Origin: a virus
Reading direction: 5' to 3' (one strand)
Virus record (IMG/VR): IMGVR_UViG_3300027509_000003
DNA length: 55,666 nt
Under the pieces are notes generated by a model. The model ran no database searches and had not been told where the DNA came from. It saw only the letters and a list, made by a program, of their open reading frames with translations. How positions within the stretch are numbered: position 1 is the first letter of the stretch; every line of letters begins with the position of its first letter. Shown here one piece after another: positions 25,471 through 34,373 of this stretch. The position numbers were made by a program, and so were the translations under genes.

Positions 25471-25683
25471 ATGGCAACCCTTGATGACCTCACCCCCCTC
25501 GCAGAAACTGTGTCCCGGCTCGAACCGGAACTCCACGCGGCGATCACGGCCCGTAACCAGATGATCGGTGAACTACTCGCCGACGGCGTATGCACCCAGC
25601 TTGAGATAGCAGAAGCGATCGGTGTGACCCAGCCAGCGGTGAACCGGATATGGCGCCGCGAGAAAATCGCTGCGCACTCCTAA
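25471..25683 (+). CDS. Small HTH DNA-binding protein
   Basis: 70 aa. CTQLEIAEAIGVTQPAVNRIWRR is a classic helix-turn-helix. Its stop codon (25681-83) overlaps the stop of the convergent gene (25680-82). Confidence 0.6.
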   Translation: MATLDDLTPLAETVSRLEPELHAAITARNQMIGELLADGVCTQLEIAEAIGVTQPAVNRIWRREKIAAHS

Positions 25684-26309
25684 CCCGGTGGTACCGGACC
25701 CCACCGCAGACCAGTGAACCATCGGCCGTGATCATCGACCGCCGGCGGGACCTTCATCTCTCCGTCGGCCCACGGCGGTTCTGGCGGCATCATGTTGTCG
25801 CCTTGGAGCGACGGCACCCACCTGGTGACTTTGCCCCGCAGATCGCCAATCTGGCCGCCTGGAACTGACATCGGCTGATACCGCCGGCCCGGTGACCGCC
25901 GGTTCGGTCGGTACAACACCCTGGACAACGTGGTCCTGACCGACAGGTCCTGGTTGAACATCGCGAATTCGATGAGCCCGACAGCTACCCCCAACGATGA
26001 CCACCGGACCGGTTCAGCGAACATGCCCACCCACCGGATCACCGAAGCGTGCACAACGTCGAGGGTCACCAGAATCGATTCGTCCATTGACGCGGTCAAA
26101 CCCATGTTCTGCGTTTGGAGGTTCATCGCATAGGACGTCATTGCTTTGCGGTTCAATTCCGGATCCGGGGCGTACGCGCTGACTTCGCTCGCTGATCGGT
26201 GCACCAACGCCATCACCAGGTCGTTGGCCGCAGCTATAGACACCCGGTCTCCGGGCGTCACGTTCACAGACACCGCATGTGACAGCGGGTCATCCATTGG
26301 GACCCTCAT
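25680..26309 (-). CDS. Hypothetical protein, last gene of the portal-protease operon
   Basis: 209 aa with an ATGA overlap upstream. No motif recognised. Confidence 0.6.
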   Translation of the reverse strand: MRVPMDDPLSHAVSVNVTPGDRVSIAAANDLVMALVHRSASEVSAYAPDPELNRKAMTSYAMNLQTQNMGLTASMDESILVTLDVVHASVIRWVGMFAEPVRWSSLGVAVGLIEFAMFNQDLSVRTTLSRVLYRPNRRSPGRRYQPMSVPGGQIGDLRGKVTRWVPSLQGDNMMPPEPPWADGEMKVPPAVDDHGRWFTGLRWGPVPPG

Positions 26310-26581
26310 CGTTGCGTCCGTCGTTTCGCTGCGCGGCGCTCCCGTTTCGTTGCAGCGGCAGCGCGGCGGTCCTCCGATGCTCTGGTGGACCGGGACGAAC
26401 GGCGGGTATCAGCCGGTGATCCACCGTCTGATACCCGTATCAGGTTCCGGAGATGCCCGGCTATTTTGCGTTCGGCGGGGTCGTTCAAATAGACGGTGAC
26501 GGTCCCGTCGTCGGCTGTTACCTGCCGGGCGGGGACGGTGATAGACCCGACTCGGGCCTCGATGGGTTCAGTTGTTGCCAT
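26306..26581 (-). CDS. Hypothetical protein with a highly basic C-terminal tail
   Basis: 91 aa. The tail reads RRSSRSTRASEDRRAAAATKRERRAAKRRTQR. Confidence 0.55.
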   Translation of the reverse strand: MATTEPIEARVGSITVPARQVTADDGTVTVYLNDPAERKIAGHLRNLIRVSDGGSPADTRRSSRSTRASEDRRAAAATKRERRAAKRRTQR

Positions 26582-26595
26582 CCCATCACGGTAGT

Positions 26596-27708
26596 TCAGA
26601 CGCTGATCTGACGGGCGCGCGATCGGACCCGCTCCCGTTCCATTTCCTCCATGAGCGGAGCCATAGCGGCCCCCACGGCTTCGGTGAGAGTTTTCGCCAT
26701 CGCGTCAGCGGTGACCGAAACGGGGGCATCGCCGCCGACGTTGGTGGTGCATCCGCCAGCGCACGCCTGAACAGCGCCGTGGCCGGCGCCGGCGTTGATC
26801 AACGTTTGTGCCTGTTCGGGGGTCATTCCTGTGGGGATCTGAAGCTGCATTGCAGTGCCTTTCGTTGGGGCATAGGTAGCGTTGGCCATCACCACGATAC
26901 GTGATGTGGCCTGAACGATCTGGCCGGATGCGTCGCGGACCACGTCGTATCCGGACCGGCGAAGGATCCCGAAGAACTCATCATTGGTGTTCTGTGCGGG
27001 TTCGGGTTTGATTCCGTGAGGTAGCCCACCACGGTTCACCAGGACAGGTCCCAGCGGTTCTACATCTCCGAGTTCAGGGACCCACCGCCAGTCGCCGGAC
27101 AGGACACCACCGCGGAGCCGTTCAACTCGTTGGTTGGTGACTCCGGGCAGGATCGCTCCGAGGTACCAAGCGACCTGTGGGCGTTCACCGGCGGCCGCTG
27201 GGCGCCATCCGCCGCCGGCAGCCTGGACCATTTCCATGATCCGGCCGCGGGACCCGGCGCGGCGCGGGTCGTTGTAGTGGCGCATCGCCGCGTAGATGTC
27301 CTCGTCCATGGCGTGGCCGTCCCACACTGGAAGGAACCCGGAGGGGATCTCCAGGTGTTTCCCGTCCGGTCCGGCCGCGATCGTGGCGCCCTGGTGAAAC
27401 GCCTGGTTATCGGTCTTGGATGGCGGCGGAATCCAGCACCCGGTAGCGCAGTCGTCGCAGTCGCAGTTATCGCCGTGCGGGCTCGAGTTGTGGCATTGAT
27501 CAAATTCCCAGGCGACGATTGCAACGCGGCCTTGCCCGTCGATGTACGGCGGGGATGTGGTGGTCCGACCGGCTGGGACGTTCAGGAGCCATTCTGCCGG
27601 CGGGTGATCACCGAACGGTGTCGGGTAGATGTCCTCTGGTTGCCCGGGGGTGAACACCCCGGGCACTTCTCGCGCTCCTGGGGGTAGAACCAAACCGGTG
27701 GTTGTCAT
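26596..27708 (-). CDS. Prohead (capsid maturation) protease, putative
   Basis: 370 aa. GRVAIVAWEFDQCH, IPPPSKTDNQAFHQG, RHYNDPRRAG and VLSGDWRWV resemble my remembered actinophage maturation-protease pattern (GH.A.W..CH / HYDDT / LSGDWR). Located after the scaffold-like gene. Confidence 0.5.
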   Translation of the reverse strand: MTTTGLVLPPGAREVPGVFTPGQPEDIYPTPFGDHPPAEWLLNVPAGRTTTSPPYIDGQGRVAIVAWEFDQCHNSSPHGDNCDCDDCATGCWIPPPSKTDNQAFHQGATIAAGPDGKHLEIPSGFLPVWDGHAMDEDIYAAMRHYNDPRRAGSRGRIMEMVQAAGGGWRPAAAGERPQVAWYLGAILPGVTNQRVERLRGGVLSGDWRWVPELGDVEPLGPVLVNRGGLPHGIKPEPAQNTNDEFFGILRRSGYDVVRDASGQIVQATSRIVVMANATYAPTKGTAMQLQIPTGMTPEQAQTLINAGAGHGAVQACAGGCTTNVGGDAPVSVTADAMAKTLTEAVGAAMAPLMEEMERERVRSRARQISV

Positions 27709-27740
27709 GGTGTGATTATGTCATCACCCCGCCGCGGGGT

Positions 27741-28562
27741 TCAGGCCTGCATCGCCGCCCGGGCAGCGAGCACAGCGTCAGCCAGCAGGTTCTTGTTGGC
27801 GTGGTCCTCGGTGTCTACGGCCAGGCCCTGTTCGGTGATGTACTGCTCGAGTTCGGTGCGGGAACCGCGTTTCATCACCGATTCGGTCGGGGTCTTGCCG
27901 TCATAGGCCGCCCCGGATCCCGGCGCCGGCTCCGGTTCGGCCGTGCCGCCGCCGATGGGCAGGCCGACATCATCGCCCTGGTCATCACCATCAGGCCCGT
28001 CAGCCTGGCCATCAGCATCATCGTCGATTGGTGTGGGGTCCGGATCGTCCTCGTCGATGGCGACGCCGTTGGCCGCGGCCAACACGTTCATGTCGACCGG
28101 TTCATTCCGGGCGATAGCGATCATCTCGGATTTGGGGACCGATCCGGCGGCCATGAACCGGTTCAAAGCGTCGGAACGTTCGTCGCCGTACGCGCGGATG
28201 ATCGTGATCAGCGCCTCTTCTGAGAGGGCGTCATAGTCCGGGTGGCCATCAGTTGGCACAGACTGCGCCTCAGCGGATTGACCGAGGCGGGGAGCGCCGG
28301 CCGGGACAGCGTTGGCCTGCAGCGTCTGTTGATTCGCTGGGGTTTCCGGGCGGTCCCCCGGTTTGGGGTGAGCGTCGCCGGTCAACAGTTTCGCCTTGGC
28401 CGACGCCACGGCCAGGACCCGCCATGCGCGGCCGGCGTTCGGGTTGACCGGCACAAACGTGGAACAGATCTCGACTCCGTTCACGTGGAACGTCACCTCA
28501 GCCTCGCTTTCGTTGTTGGGGTCGGATACGACGGCTGTTTCGACTGCAGCTATTGAAGACAT
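27741..28562 (-). CDS. Scaffold-like acidic protein with two HeH/SAP motifs
   Basis: 273 aa from ATG 28562 (AAAGGAAAC upstream). Contains SEEALITIIRAYGDERSDALNRF and SRTELEQYITEQGLAVDTEDHANKNLLADAV, plus a long acidic tract DDDADGQADGPDGDDQGDD. Confidence 0.5.
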   Translation of the reverse strand: MSSIAAVETAVVSDPNNESEAEVTFHVNGVEICSTFVPVNPNAGRAWRVLAVASAKAKLLTGDAHPKPGDRPETPANQQTLQANAVPAGAPRLGQSAEAQSVPTDGHPDYDALSEEALITIIRAYGDERSDALNRFMAAGSVPKSEMIAIARNEPVDMNVLAAANGVAIDEDDPDPTPIDDDADGQADGPDGDDQGDDVGLPIGGGTAEPEPAPGSGAAYDGKTPTESVMKRGSRTELEQYITEQGLAVDTEDHANKNLLADAVLAARAAMQA

Positions 28563-28590
28563 GAACAGGGTTTCCTTTGGGGTTGGGTTC

Positions 28591-30375
28591 TCAGAATACT
28601 TCGTTGGGATCAGCGTCAGGGGTGATGAACGCGGTCTGGTTCCTCCACCCGCAACGGCACATGTAATGAGCGCCTGGGTGGTGCACATCGCCTCGCGGCC
28701 ACGGCTCGGAGTTGATCGGGAGAACATCCCTCATGATCGGGTCATCGATATCGGTGACGGTGCCGTCATGAATGAACGATGTGCCGGCGCCGTCAATGTG
28801 CACCTGCAGGTTCTCCAGAGCGACACCGTTCATGTTCAGCTGCCACGTGGACTTCACCACCCGCAGATCGTCGACCGTTTCAACGTCGGGGGATTCCGCG
28901 ACCAGGCGCCCGATTTCTTCGAGGTCAGCGCGTAGCCGGTCACTGATCTGGATGCCTGGGGTGCGCGTCGCTACCGCTTGCACAGGCGCCGGTGTGACAT
29001 TCGAGTGAGCGGCGATCGCCTCGGAGATGAGGCGCTGCCCGATCGGGCCGCACCCCAAACAGTCTGTGCCGGTGACCCCTCCGCTGACCGGGAACCCGGC
29101 GCTGTCACGGTTGACGAACCCATCCGGGTCAAGTTCAGCGCCGCCGGCCAACGCGACGACGTGGCGGGTGAGCCCGGCCGGAGCGATCAGCGTCTGGTCG
29201 GTGCCGTCATGGCCGCTACCCAAACGGTCCTGGACGAGTTCTCGTAGCAGCCGAGAGAATTCGTCCACCGCCACCTGAGCGTTAGCGGTCATGTCCATCA
29301 CCGTTTCCGGGTCATAGGTCACCCCAAACCGTTCTTCGGCCGCGTCGATGACCTGGTTAATGCCGTCGGTGAGGATGCGGCGGGTGTGGTCGGTCGCGTT
29401 GTTGATTGGCCCGTCGATCGACCCGTCGATTTTCCCGGGGCGGAGCTCGACAGCCGCGGCCGCTACCGCCCACGCAGCAGCGTCAGCTTGCACCGCTCCC
29501 GGTTCCGCTTCCGCTTTCTTGAGGCGGCCTACCCGTTCCAGGGCGGACAACAACCCCAGTTCAGCTGCCGAATCAATTTTCGGCCACACCGTCCTGGTGA
29601 TCTGTTCCCACACCCCAGTCAGATCAGATAGGGCGCCGTTCAGCGCCGGGAACGGACCGGTGGGGGTTGCAGCGGCTTGGACCGGTTCCGGCGTGGATCG
29701 TCGCTCCGGCAGCGCCTGGCGGCGTTCTGCGAACACTGCGGCGGCTTGGACCATCGCGAACGATGACCGGTCCATGGTGGCGTCTGTCAAAGCGACACCG
29801 GCGGAACCGTCGACCATGGCCATGACCCGCGCAAGTTTGGTCGGGTCGATGTCCGCAGCTATCGGCCCGAGGCCTCGGTACCGGCCCGCCTGGTCCTCGA
29901 TCACAAGCCATGACTGGGCGGCGTCGGTCACTATCCACGCGTCACCGACAGGGAACGACCCGCCGCGGGTGATCCCATCGGGCGGGAAGTACTCCGCCGC
30001 GCTGAACGCTTTCTGGTGGGCGGTGTGAGCGTCGATGAGCCCCAACCGTTCCACATCCAAAGATGCGGCGGCGGCTGCGGCCACCGGCGATGTCACCGGC
30101 GGAACGGTCGCCGGCGCTGCAGGCGACGGCTTCGCTGCTTCGGCCATGGTGTCGCCTCCCATGAGTTCCCACGCCAACCACTTTTCGGATCTGGCGGCCT
30201 GGTCGGCGGCGGACGGTCGCGGCGTCCGCCCAAAAAAGTTTCGCACTTTCTGTGCGGCGGCATCGTCGAGCGTTCCGCCGGCAGCTATCCGATTTGGTGT
30301 CGACTCGTCCTGGGTGATCGGGGCGACTTCCAACGCTGCGGCAGCGGCACGGACCGCGTCATTCGGGATGTTCAC
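28591..30375 (-). CDS. MuF-like minor head protein (SPP1 gp7 family)
   Basis: 594 aa. The C-terminal PWPRGDVHHPGAHYMCRCGW matches the MuF H-x-x-C-R-C signature. GTGA-coupled to the portal gene. Confidence 0.75.
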   Translation of the reverse strand: MNIPNDAVRAAAAALEVAPITQDESTPNRIAAGGTLDDAAAQKVRNFFGRTPRPSAADQAARSEKWLAWELMGGDTMAEAAKPSPAAPATVPPVTSPVAAAAAASLDVERLGLIDAHTAHQKAFSAAEYFPPDGITRGGSFPVGDAWIVTDAAQSWLVIEDQAGRYRGLGPIAADIDPTKLARVMAMVDGSAGVALTDATMDRSSFAMVQAAAVFAERRQALPERRSTPEPVQAAATPTGPFPALNGALSDLTGVWEQITRTVWPKIDSAAELGLLSALERVGRLKKAEAEPGAVQADAAAWAVAAAAVELRPGKIDGSIDGPINNATDHTRRILTDGINQVIDAAEERFGVTYDPETVMDMTANAQVAVDEFSRLLRELVQDRLGSGHDGTDQTLIAPAGLTRHVVALAGGAELDPDGFVNRDSAGFPVSGGVTGTDCLGCGPIGQRLISEAIAAHSNVTPAPVQAVATRTPGIQISDRLRADLEEIGRLVAESPDVETVDDLRVVKSTWQLNMNGVALENLQVHIDGAGTSFIHDGTVTDIDDPIMRDVLPINSEPWPRGDVHHPGAHYMCRCGWRNQTAFITPDADPNEVF

Positions 30376-32054
30376 AGGTCCCGACCAATAGCAGCGAACG
30401 CCCGAGCGTTCCGGGCGCGCTGCGCCACAGTGTCAGCGTCTGTGGTGCGAGGCAACCCGTCCGCCGGCGGCGGTTGCAGTCCGGTCTCATTGGCTTTGGC
30501 TCCGGACACAGCCGCCCAAAACGCAAGGTCATCAAACTGGTCAGTGGCGGGGATCAGGTCATCAGCGGTGAGACTAAACCGGTCAGCGACCACTTGACGC
30601 TTCACGCCGAGGACTTTGTACGCGTCGAGCATCGTTTTGAAGTCATTCGGTTTGACTTCCAGCGGCGAGCAGTCAAACCCGATGGCGTGGTCTTCGGGGT
30701 TCCCGTCTCCGATAGCGCGGCGCCCGGCCGGCGTGAACGCCAGAATCGGCCGGTACGCGAACCGGGTCCAATCGTCGAGTACTTCGCCCATGCTCGGGTA
30801 GACACCGTGGTCATGGAGCGCTGACCGGAGTTCGGTGCTATTCCAATATGTTTGGGAGGCCTCGCCGGCAACCAGGAACTGGATCGGGACTTTGAGGCCT
30901 TGGCCTGCCTGAATGACCATCGCGGCCAACGTCGCCAAAGTCTCTTCGTCTACGGCTCGGCCGACGTCCACCATCTCGGGTTTGGTGTGGTGCAGGAACG
31001 GGTAGAAAACGCGGGACGCCGGATCAGATCCGTTGGTGTCGCGGAACGCTCGCCCCGCGAACCGGACAACATCGGTAGCGATTTTGTTGACGCCGCCCGT
31101 AGATGACGGCGACGCCGGCAGCATCTGGTTGTTGGGCCCGTAAGAGTTATCGAAGGTGTTCACATGCGGGAGACTCATCCCACCGGTGAGATGTTCCGCT
31201 TCGAGCTGCTCGGCGCTGTCGCCGCCGGTGCTGATGAACAGGAGCCCGTTCATCAACAATCGCGAATCGACAGCTGACAGGACGTTACGCATCGATGACC
31301 GGCTGGTCCGGATCTCCGGGAGGATGCGCGCCAGGTCCACTTTGGCTTCTCCTTCCCACACGTCGCCGGGGTTGTGCATCCTTCGAAGATTTTGCGCTGG
31401 CAGTTCCACGAAGTCGGTGGACCCGGGCATCGCGTTGGGGCGGAGCTTCACCCCGAAGGTGTCCGGCCGGTTCGGGACCATCGACAACGCCATCGGGTGA
31501 GCGACACCGAAACGGATATCGCCGAACGGTCCGGTGGTTGGCCACCATGCGTGTTCCCCGATCGATGACCGGAACCGGAAGCATCGGTACATCAAATATT
31601 CTTGGGACCGTTGCGTGTGGCGAATACTGTTCACGACCGCGATCAGGCCGGCGTCGTAGGACCGTTGCCAACCGGCGGGTGTGCGGACCAGCGGCACGGG
31701 GATGCATTGCGCGGCGAGCATCGCCCGTATGTCGTTATAGAACCCGACGAACCCGGGGCCGGTTTGGTCTGCCCGGTCGACTTCCATTTGGTCTCGGGTC
31801 AGTTCAAACCGTAGGCGCTGGGTGCGGGAATTGATGTAGGTGCTCGGGTCGGCGGTGACCGGCGGCGGCGGGTTCTGGTTGAACTCGATGGGTTCGTAGT
31901 AGGGGAGCGGTTCGCGGACGGTGATCCCGGCGCCGTTCAGCGCTTCGGTGCCGGTGACCGGCGGCCGGCGGGCCGGTGACGCGTGAAGCGTCGCGTCGTT
32001 TGCGTCGATCAGGTCAGTCACGGGGTACATGATGCCATCTGCATGGGGCGACAC
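30372..32054 (-). CDS. Portal protein
   Basis: 560 aa. The call rests on size and the canonical position directly upstream of, and coupled to, the MuF gene. The start is either GTG 32054 or ATG 32030. No motif-level confirmation was possible. Confidence 0.6.
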   Translation of the reverse strand: MSPHADGIMYPVTDLIDANDATLHASPARRPPVTGTEALNGAGITVREPLPYYEPIEFNQNPPPPVTADPSTYINSRTQRLRFELTRDQMEVDRADQTGPGFVGFYNDIRAMLAAQCIPVPLVRTPAGWQRSYDAGLIAVVNSIRHTQRSQEYLMYRCFRFRSSIGEHAWWPTTGPFGDIRFGVAHPMALSMVPNRPDTFGVKLRPNAMPGSTDFVELPAQNLRRMHNPGDVWEGEAKVDLARILPEIRTSRSSMRNVLSAVDSRLLMNGLLFISTGGDSAEQLEAEHLTGGMSLPHVNTFDNSYGPNNQMLPASPSSTGGVNKIATDVVRFAGRAFRDTNGSDPASRVFYPFLHHTKPEMVDVGRAVDEETLATLAAMVIQAGQGLKVPIQFLVAGEASQTYWNSTELRSALHDHGVYPSMGEVLDDWTRFAYRPILAFTPAGRRAIGDGNPEDHAIGFDCSPLEVKPNDFKTMLDAYKVLGVKRQVVADRFSLTADDLIPATDQFDDLAFWAAVSGAKANETGLQPPPADGLPRTTDADTVAQRARNARAFAAIGRDL

Positions 32055-32057
32055 GCG

Positions 32058-32105
32058 GAACAGCCCGCCAACGCAGCGAACACATACTGCGCGGGCGGGC
32101 TGTTC
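32058..32105 (-). promoter_or_regulatory. 12-bp perfect inverted repeat between the ParB-like and portal genes
   Basis: GAACAGCCCGCC (32058-32069) pairs with GGCGGGCTGTTC (32094-32105). The 24-nt loop itself contains a CGCAG/CTGCG pairing. It ends 4 nt before the portal GTG and has no U-tract. Confidence 0.45.
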
Positions 32106-32142
32106 TCACGGGGCGACGCGGGCGGAGCGCCACCCCGGACCA

Positions 32143-33594
32143 TCACATGTCGTCGTCCGGGTCAGGTTCGAACTCCGCGGCGATCGCCTCCGGGATCTTC
32201 ACCCCCAAAATGTTCAGTGTGTTCAGGAACTGTTGCGCCGGTGGAAGGCCCCGCTTCACTGCCTGGACCATTTCACCGACCTGGCTTCGGTATGCGAGCA
32301 GCGCCGGGTTCCCATCGGACTCGAGCATCCACTTTGTCAGTGTCTCATCAGCTACCCGAACCCGGGTACCGCGCCGATTTTGGCGAACATTCCATACGTC
32401 TGTGTCTTTGGTATGTGGGTGCTCGGCTTCGGCGATCGCTACCGGATCCACATCAGTGATTTCGCCGCCAGTCAGGTACTCGATCCTGGCCTGGGTCTGA
32501 TTGTCACGCGTCATCGCAATGTTGGCCACATAGCCGACCACCGCCGCTGTGGCCTGGGGGACGTTCGCCGCGTCACGGACCGCGGCCATCAGATCGTCGA
32601 ACGCTTCGACCCATCCCGCCGGCGGTTCATCGCCGCGACCGTTGATGCGTTTCGGCTGTTTCGCCTTCGGTATCTTCAACTTCGATTCGCCGTCGGGCAT
32701 GTGACGCGTCCAGTCCTTGCAACCCTCAGCGGTGTCAACGGTGTCAGTGTGGGAGTACCGTCGGCGCACCGACCACACGTGGCACGGTTCGCCCCGATGT
32801 TTCGCGGCGGTGGTCCCCAACGCCGCCATCGATGACAACGCCCCGGGCCCGTAATACTGCGGGATCGGGTTCCGGACTTCGCCAGACACAAACTTGACTT
32901 TGATGCCGTCGCCCTGGTGTTTGGCTTTGATGTCCGCCCGGGTCGCGGTGATCGTTCGTTTCACCTCGACTTCGCTTTTGCACTGAGACGCCAGCGACGC
33001 CCACGTCGTGTACGTCGACCGACTCGGGGTCGCTTTCAAAAACGCGGCGTACACATCCGGGTCGTTGAGCAGCTTCGCCGCTGCCACCGCTGCTTCCAAT
33101 GGCCATGTCCCATCCGCCACCAGCCTCGATTCGGTCTCCGGGAGTTCCATAATCGCGAGCCGTTGCGTAACCCACTTCTTCGATTTTCCCAGGTCTTTCG
33201 CGATGTCAGCGACGGTCGTGTCGGTGGCGACCAGGCGGGCCAGAATTTGGGCGGCTTCGACATGGTCCAGGTCGAGGCGGTGCAGGTTCTCGGTGGCTTG
33301 CAATGTGAGACGCTGCCGCTCAGTCAACCCCGATTTGATGATCACAGGGACGGTCAACAGTTTGGCTTTGCGGGCTGCGGCGAGGCGGCGATGCCCGGCG
33401 ATCACGTGGAAAAGTTCCTGGTCGAGTTCGTCAGGTCGGGCGATGATCGGGGTGAGGACACCGAGCTCTGCGATGTTCGAGATGAACTCTTTGTTTAGCA
33501 CTGGTTTGCGGTTGTCCGGGTCCGGGACCAGGTGGTCCAGGGCCACAGCTGGTTCGTATCGGTCAGACACGTCTAGTGGTTTGGTGTCGGTCAT
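32143..33594 (-). CDS. ParB/Srx-fold (ParB-like nuclease domain) protein with a long uncharacterised C-terminal region
   Basis: 483 aa from ATG 33594. LDHLVPDPDNRKP...LTPIIARP...FHVIAGHRRLAAARKAKLLTVPVII is the ParB N-terminal GxRR box. An HTH-like ADIAKDLGKSKKWVTQRL follows. Confidence 0.7.
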   Translation of the reverse strand: MTDTKPLDVSDRYEPAVALDHLVPDPDNRKPVLNKEFISNIAELGVLTPIIARPDELDQELFHVIAGHRRLAAARKAKLLTVPVIIKSGLTERQRLTLQATENLHRLDLDHVEAAQILARLVATDTTVADIAKDLGKSKKWVTQRLAIMELPETESRLVADGTWPLEAAVAAAKLLNDPDVYAAFLKATPSRSTYTTWASLASQCKSEVEVKRTITATRADIKAKHQGDGIKVKFVSGEVRNPIPQYYGPGALSSMAALGTTAAKHRGEPCHVWSVRRRYSHTDTVDTAEGCKDWTRHMPDGESKLKIPKAKQPKRINGRGDEPPAGWVEAFDDLMAAVRDAANVPQATAAVVGYVANIAMTRDNQTQARIEYLTGGEITDVDPVAIAEAEHPHTKDTDVWNVRQNRRGTRVRVADETLTKWMLESDGNPALLAYRSQVGEMVQAVKRGLPPAQQFLNTLNILGVKIPEAIAAEFEPDPDDDM

Positions 33595-33925
33595 TGGTGT
33601 TGTCCTTTTGGGTTTGTTGTTGGATTGTGTTGATGAGAGTTTGCAGGCGGTCAGCCCACGGCACGGGGAACGGTTCGGGTGATGGCGGCGCCCCCACGGG
33701 GGGTATAAGCCATTCCGCAGCGGGGTCTTCCACGGTGAGGTTGTCGCCGTCTGATGCGATCCGGACTGACATCCCCCATGGGCCACGCACGGTCAGCGCG
33801 GCCATGTGCCGGTTGGAGACGCATGCGCCGGCGACCATAGCGAGGCATCCTTGGCGGATCTGTCGGATCAGGGCCGGGCCGTCGTCATCGACAACGAGCC
33901 CGGTTAGTTGGTAACGGTCAACCAT
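33563..33925 (-). CDS. Hypothetical protein, first gene of a leaderless unit
   Basis: 120 aa. The ATG at 33925 lies 6 nt downstream of a TATAAT box. The 3-prime end overlaps the ParB-like start by 32 nt. Confidence 0.55.
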   Translation of the reverse strand: MVDRYQLTGLVVDDDGPALIRQIRQGCLAMVAGACVSNRHMAALTVRGPWGMSVRIASDGDNLTVEDPAAEWLIPPVGAPPSPEPFPVPWADRLQTLINTIQQQTQKDNTNDRHQTTRRV

Positions 33926-33950
33926 CCCCGCATTATACCCCCCCGTATAC
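33926..33950 (-). promoter_or_regulatory. Leaderless-type promoter with a TATAC-G6-TATAAT core
   Basis: The minus strand reads CGTATACGGGGGGTATAAT-GCGGGG-ATG. The -10 box is at 33932-33937. Confidence 0.55.
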
Positions 33951-34127
33951 GGGATGGGTGGTTGGGGGCGGCAGGGTCCCGAACCCCTTGTTGGGTGGGG
34001 TCGTAGGTGGGATCCCTTCGGTAGCGTGTCCGCCGGTCCCGAGAGAACCGGGGGATGTAGCCGTTGACCGCCCCCGCCATCACTTTACGTCAGATCAGCC
34101 GGTCCAACATCTTGCTCGCGGTTCAGG

Positions 34128-34373
34128 TCAGACAGTGACGCACGCGCTCGCGGCGACAGCTGCGATCAACCGTTTCTGGGTCGCGGCGTTCACTGACACC
34201 GTCCGCTTGTGGATCGTGTCGCCCTGATCGCTCATCGCGTATGCGCCGCGCTTGTGTGGGTCGGACCGCTCCCACGTGTGATTGCCGAGCACTGTGACCA
34301 GCGGCCCGTCGTCCATGGCGAGCCGGTACACGTCACCAACACTGTAGTTCAGGCGAGGCGGTCGACGGCCCAC
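34128..34373 (-). CDS. Small protein paralogous to the C-terminal domain of 44292..44780
   Basis: About 80 aa, start uncertain (GTG 34373 or GTG 34331). VYRLAMDDGPLVTVLGNHT..RGAYAMSDQGDTIHKRTVSVNAAT aligns with VYRLNVEDRPLVTVLANHT..RGAFTLNDRGDTIDKRTGSVNRAT. Confidence 0.5.
   Translation of the reverse strand: MGRRPPRLNYSVGDVYRLAMDDGPLVTVLGNHTWERSDPHKRGAYAMSDQGDTIHKRTVSVNAATQKRLIAAVAASACVTV

Noticed and set aside
32161-32180. GGTTCGAACTCC, which resembles a tRNA T-loop.
   Set aside because: The flanking bases do not form a T-stem or acceptor stem, and the site is inside the ParB-like coding sequence. I could not support any tRNA anywhere in the window.
34349-34373. Programmed frameshift fusing the kinase-like protein to the downstream paralogous domain.
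   Set aside because: The downstream frame is the -1 frame, but the 25-nt overlap (CCCGAAGTGGGCCGTCGACCGCCTCGCCTGA) contains no X XXY YYZ slippery heptamer. It is kept only as a question within the kinase finding.
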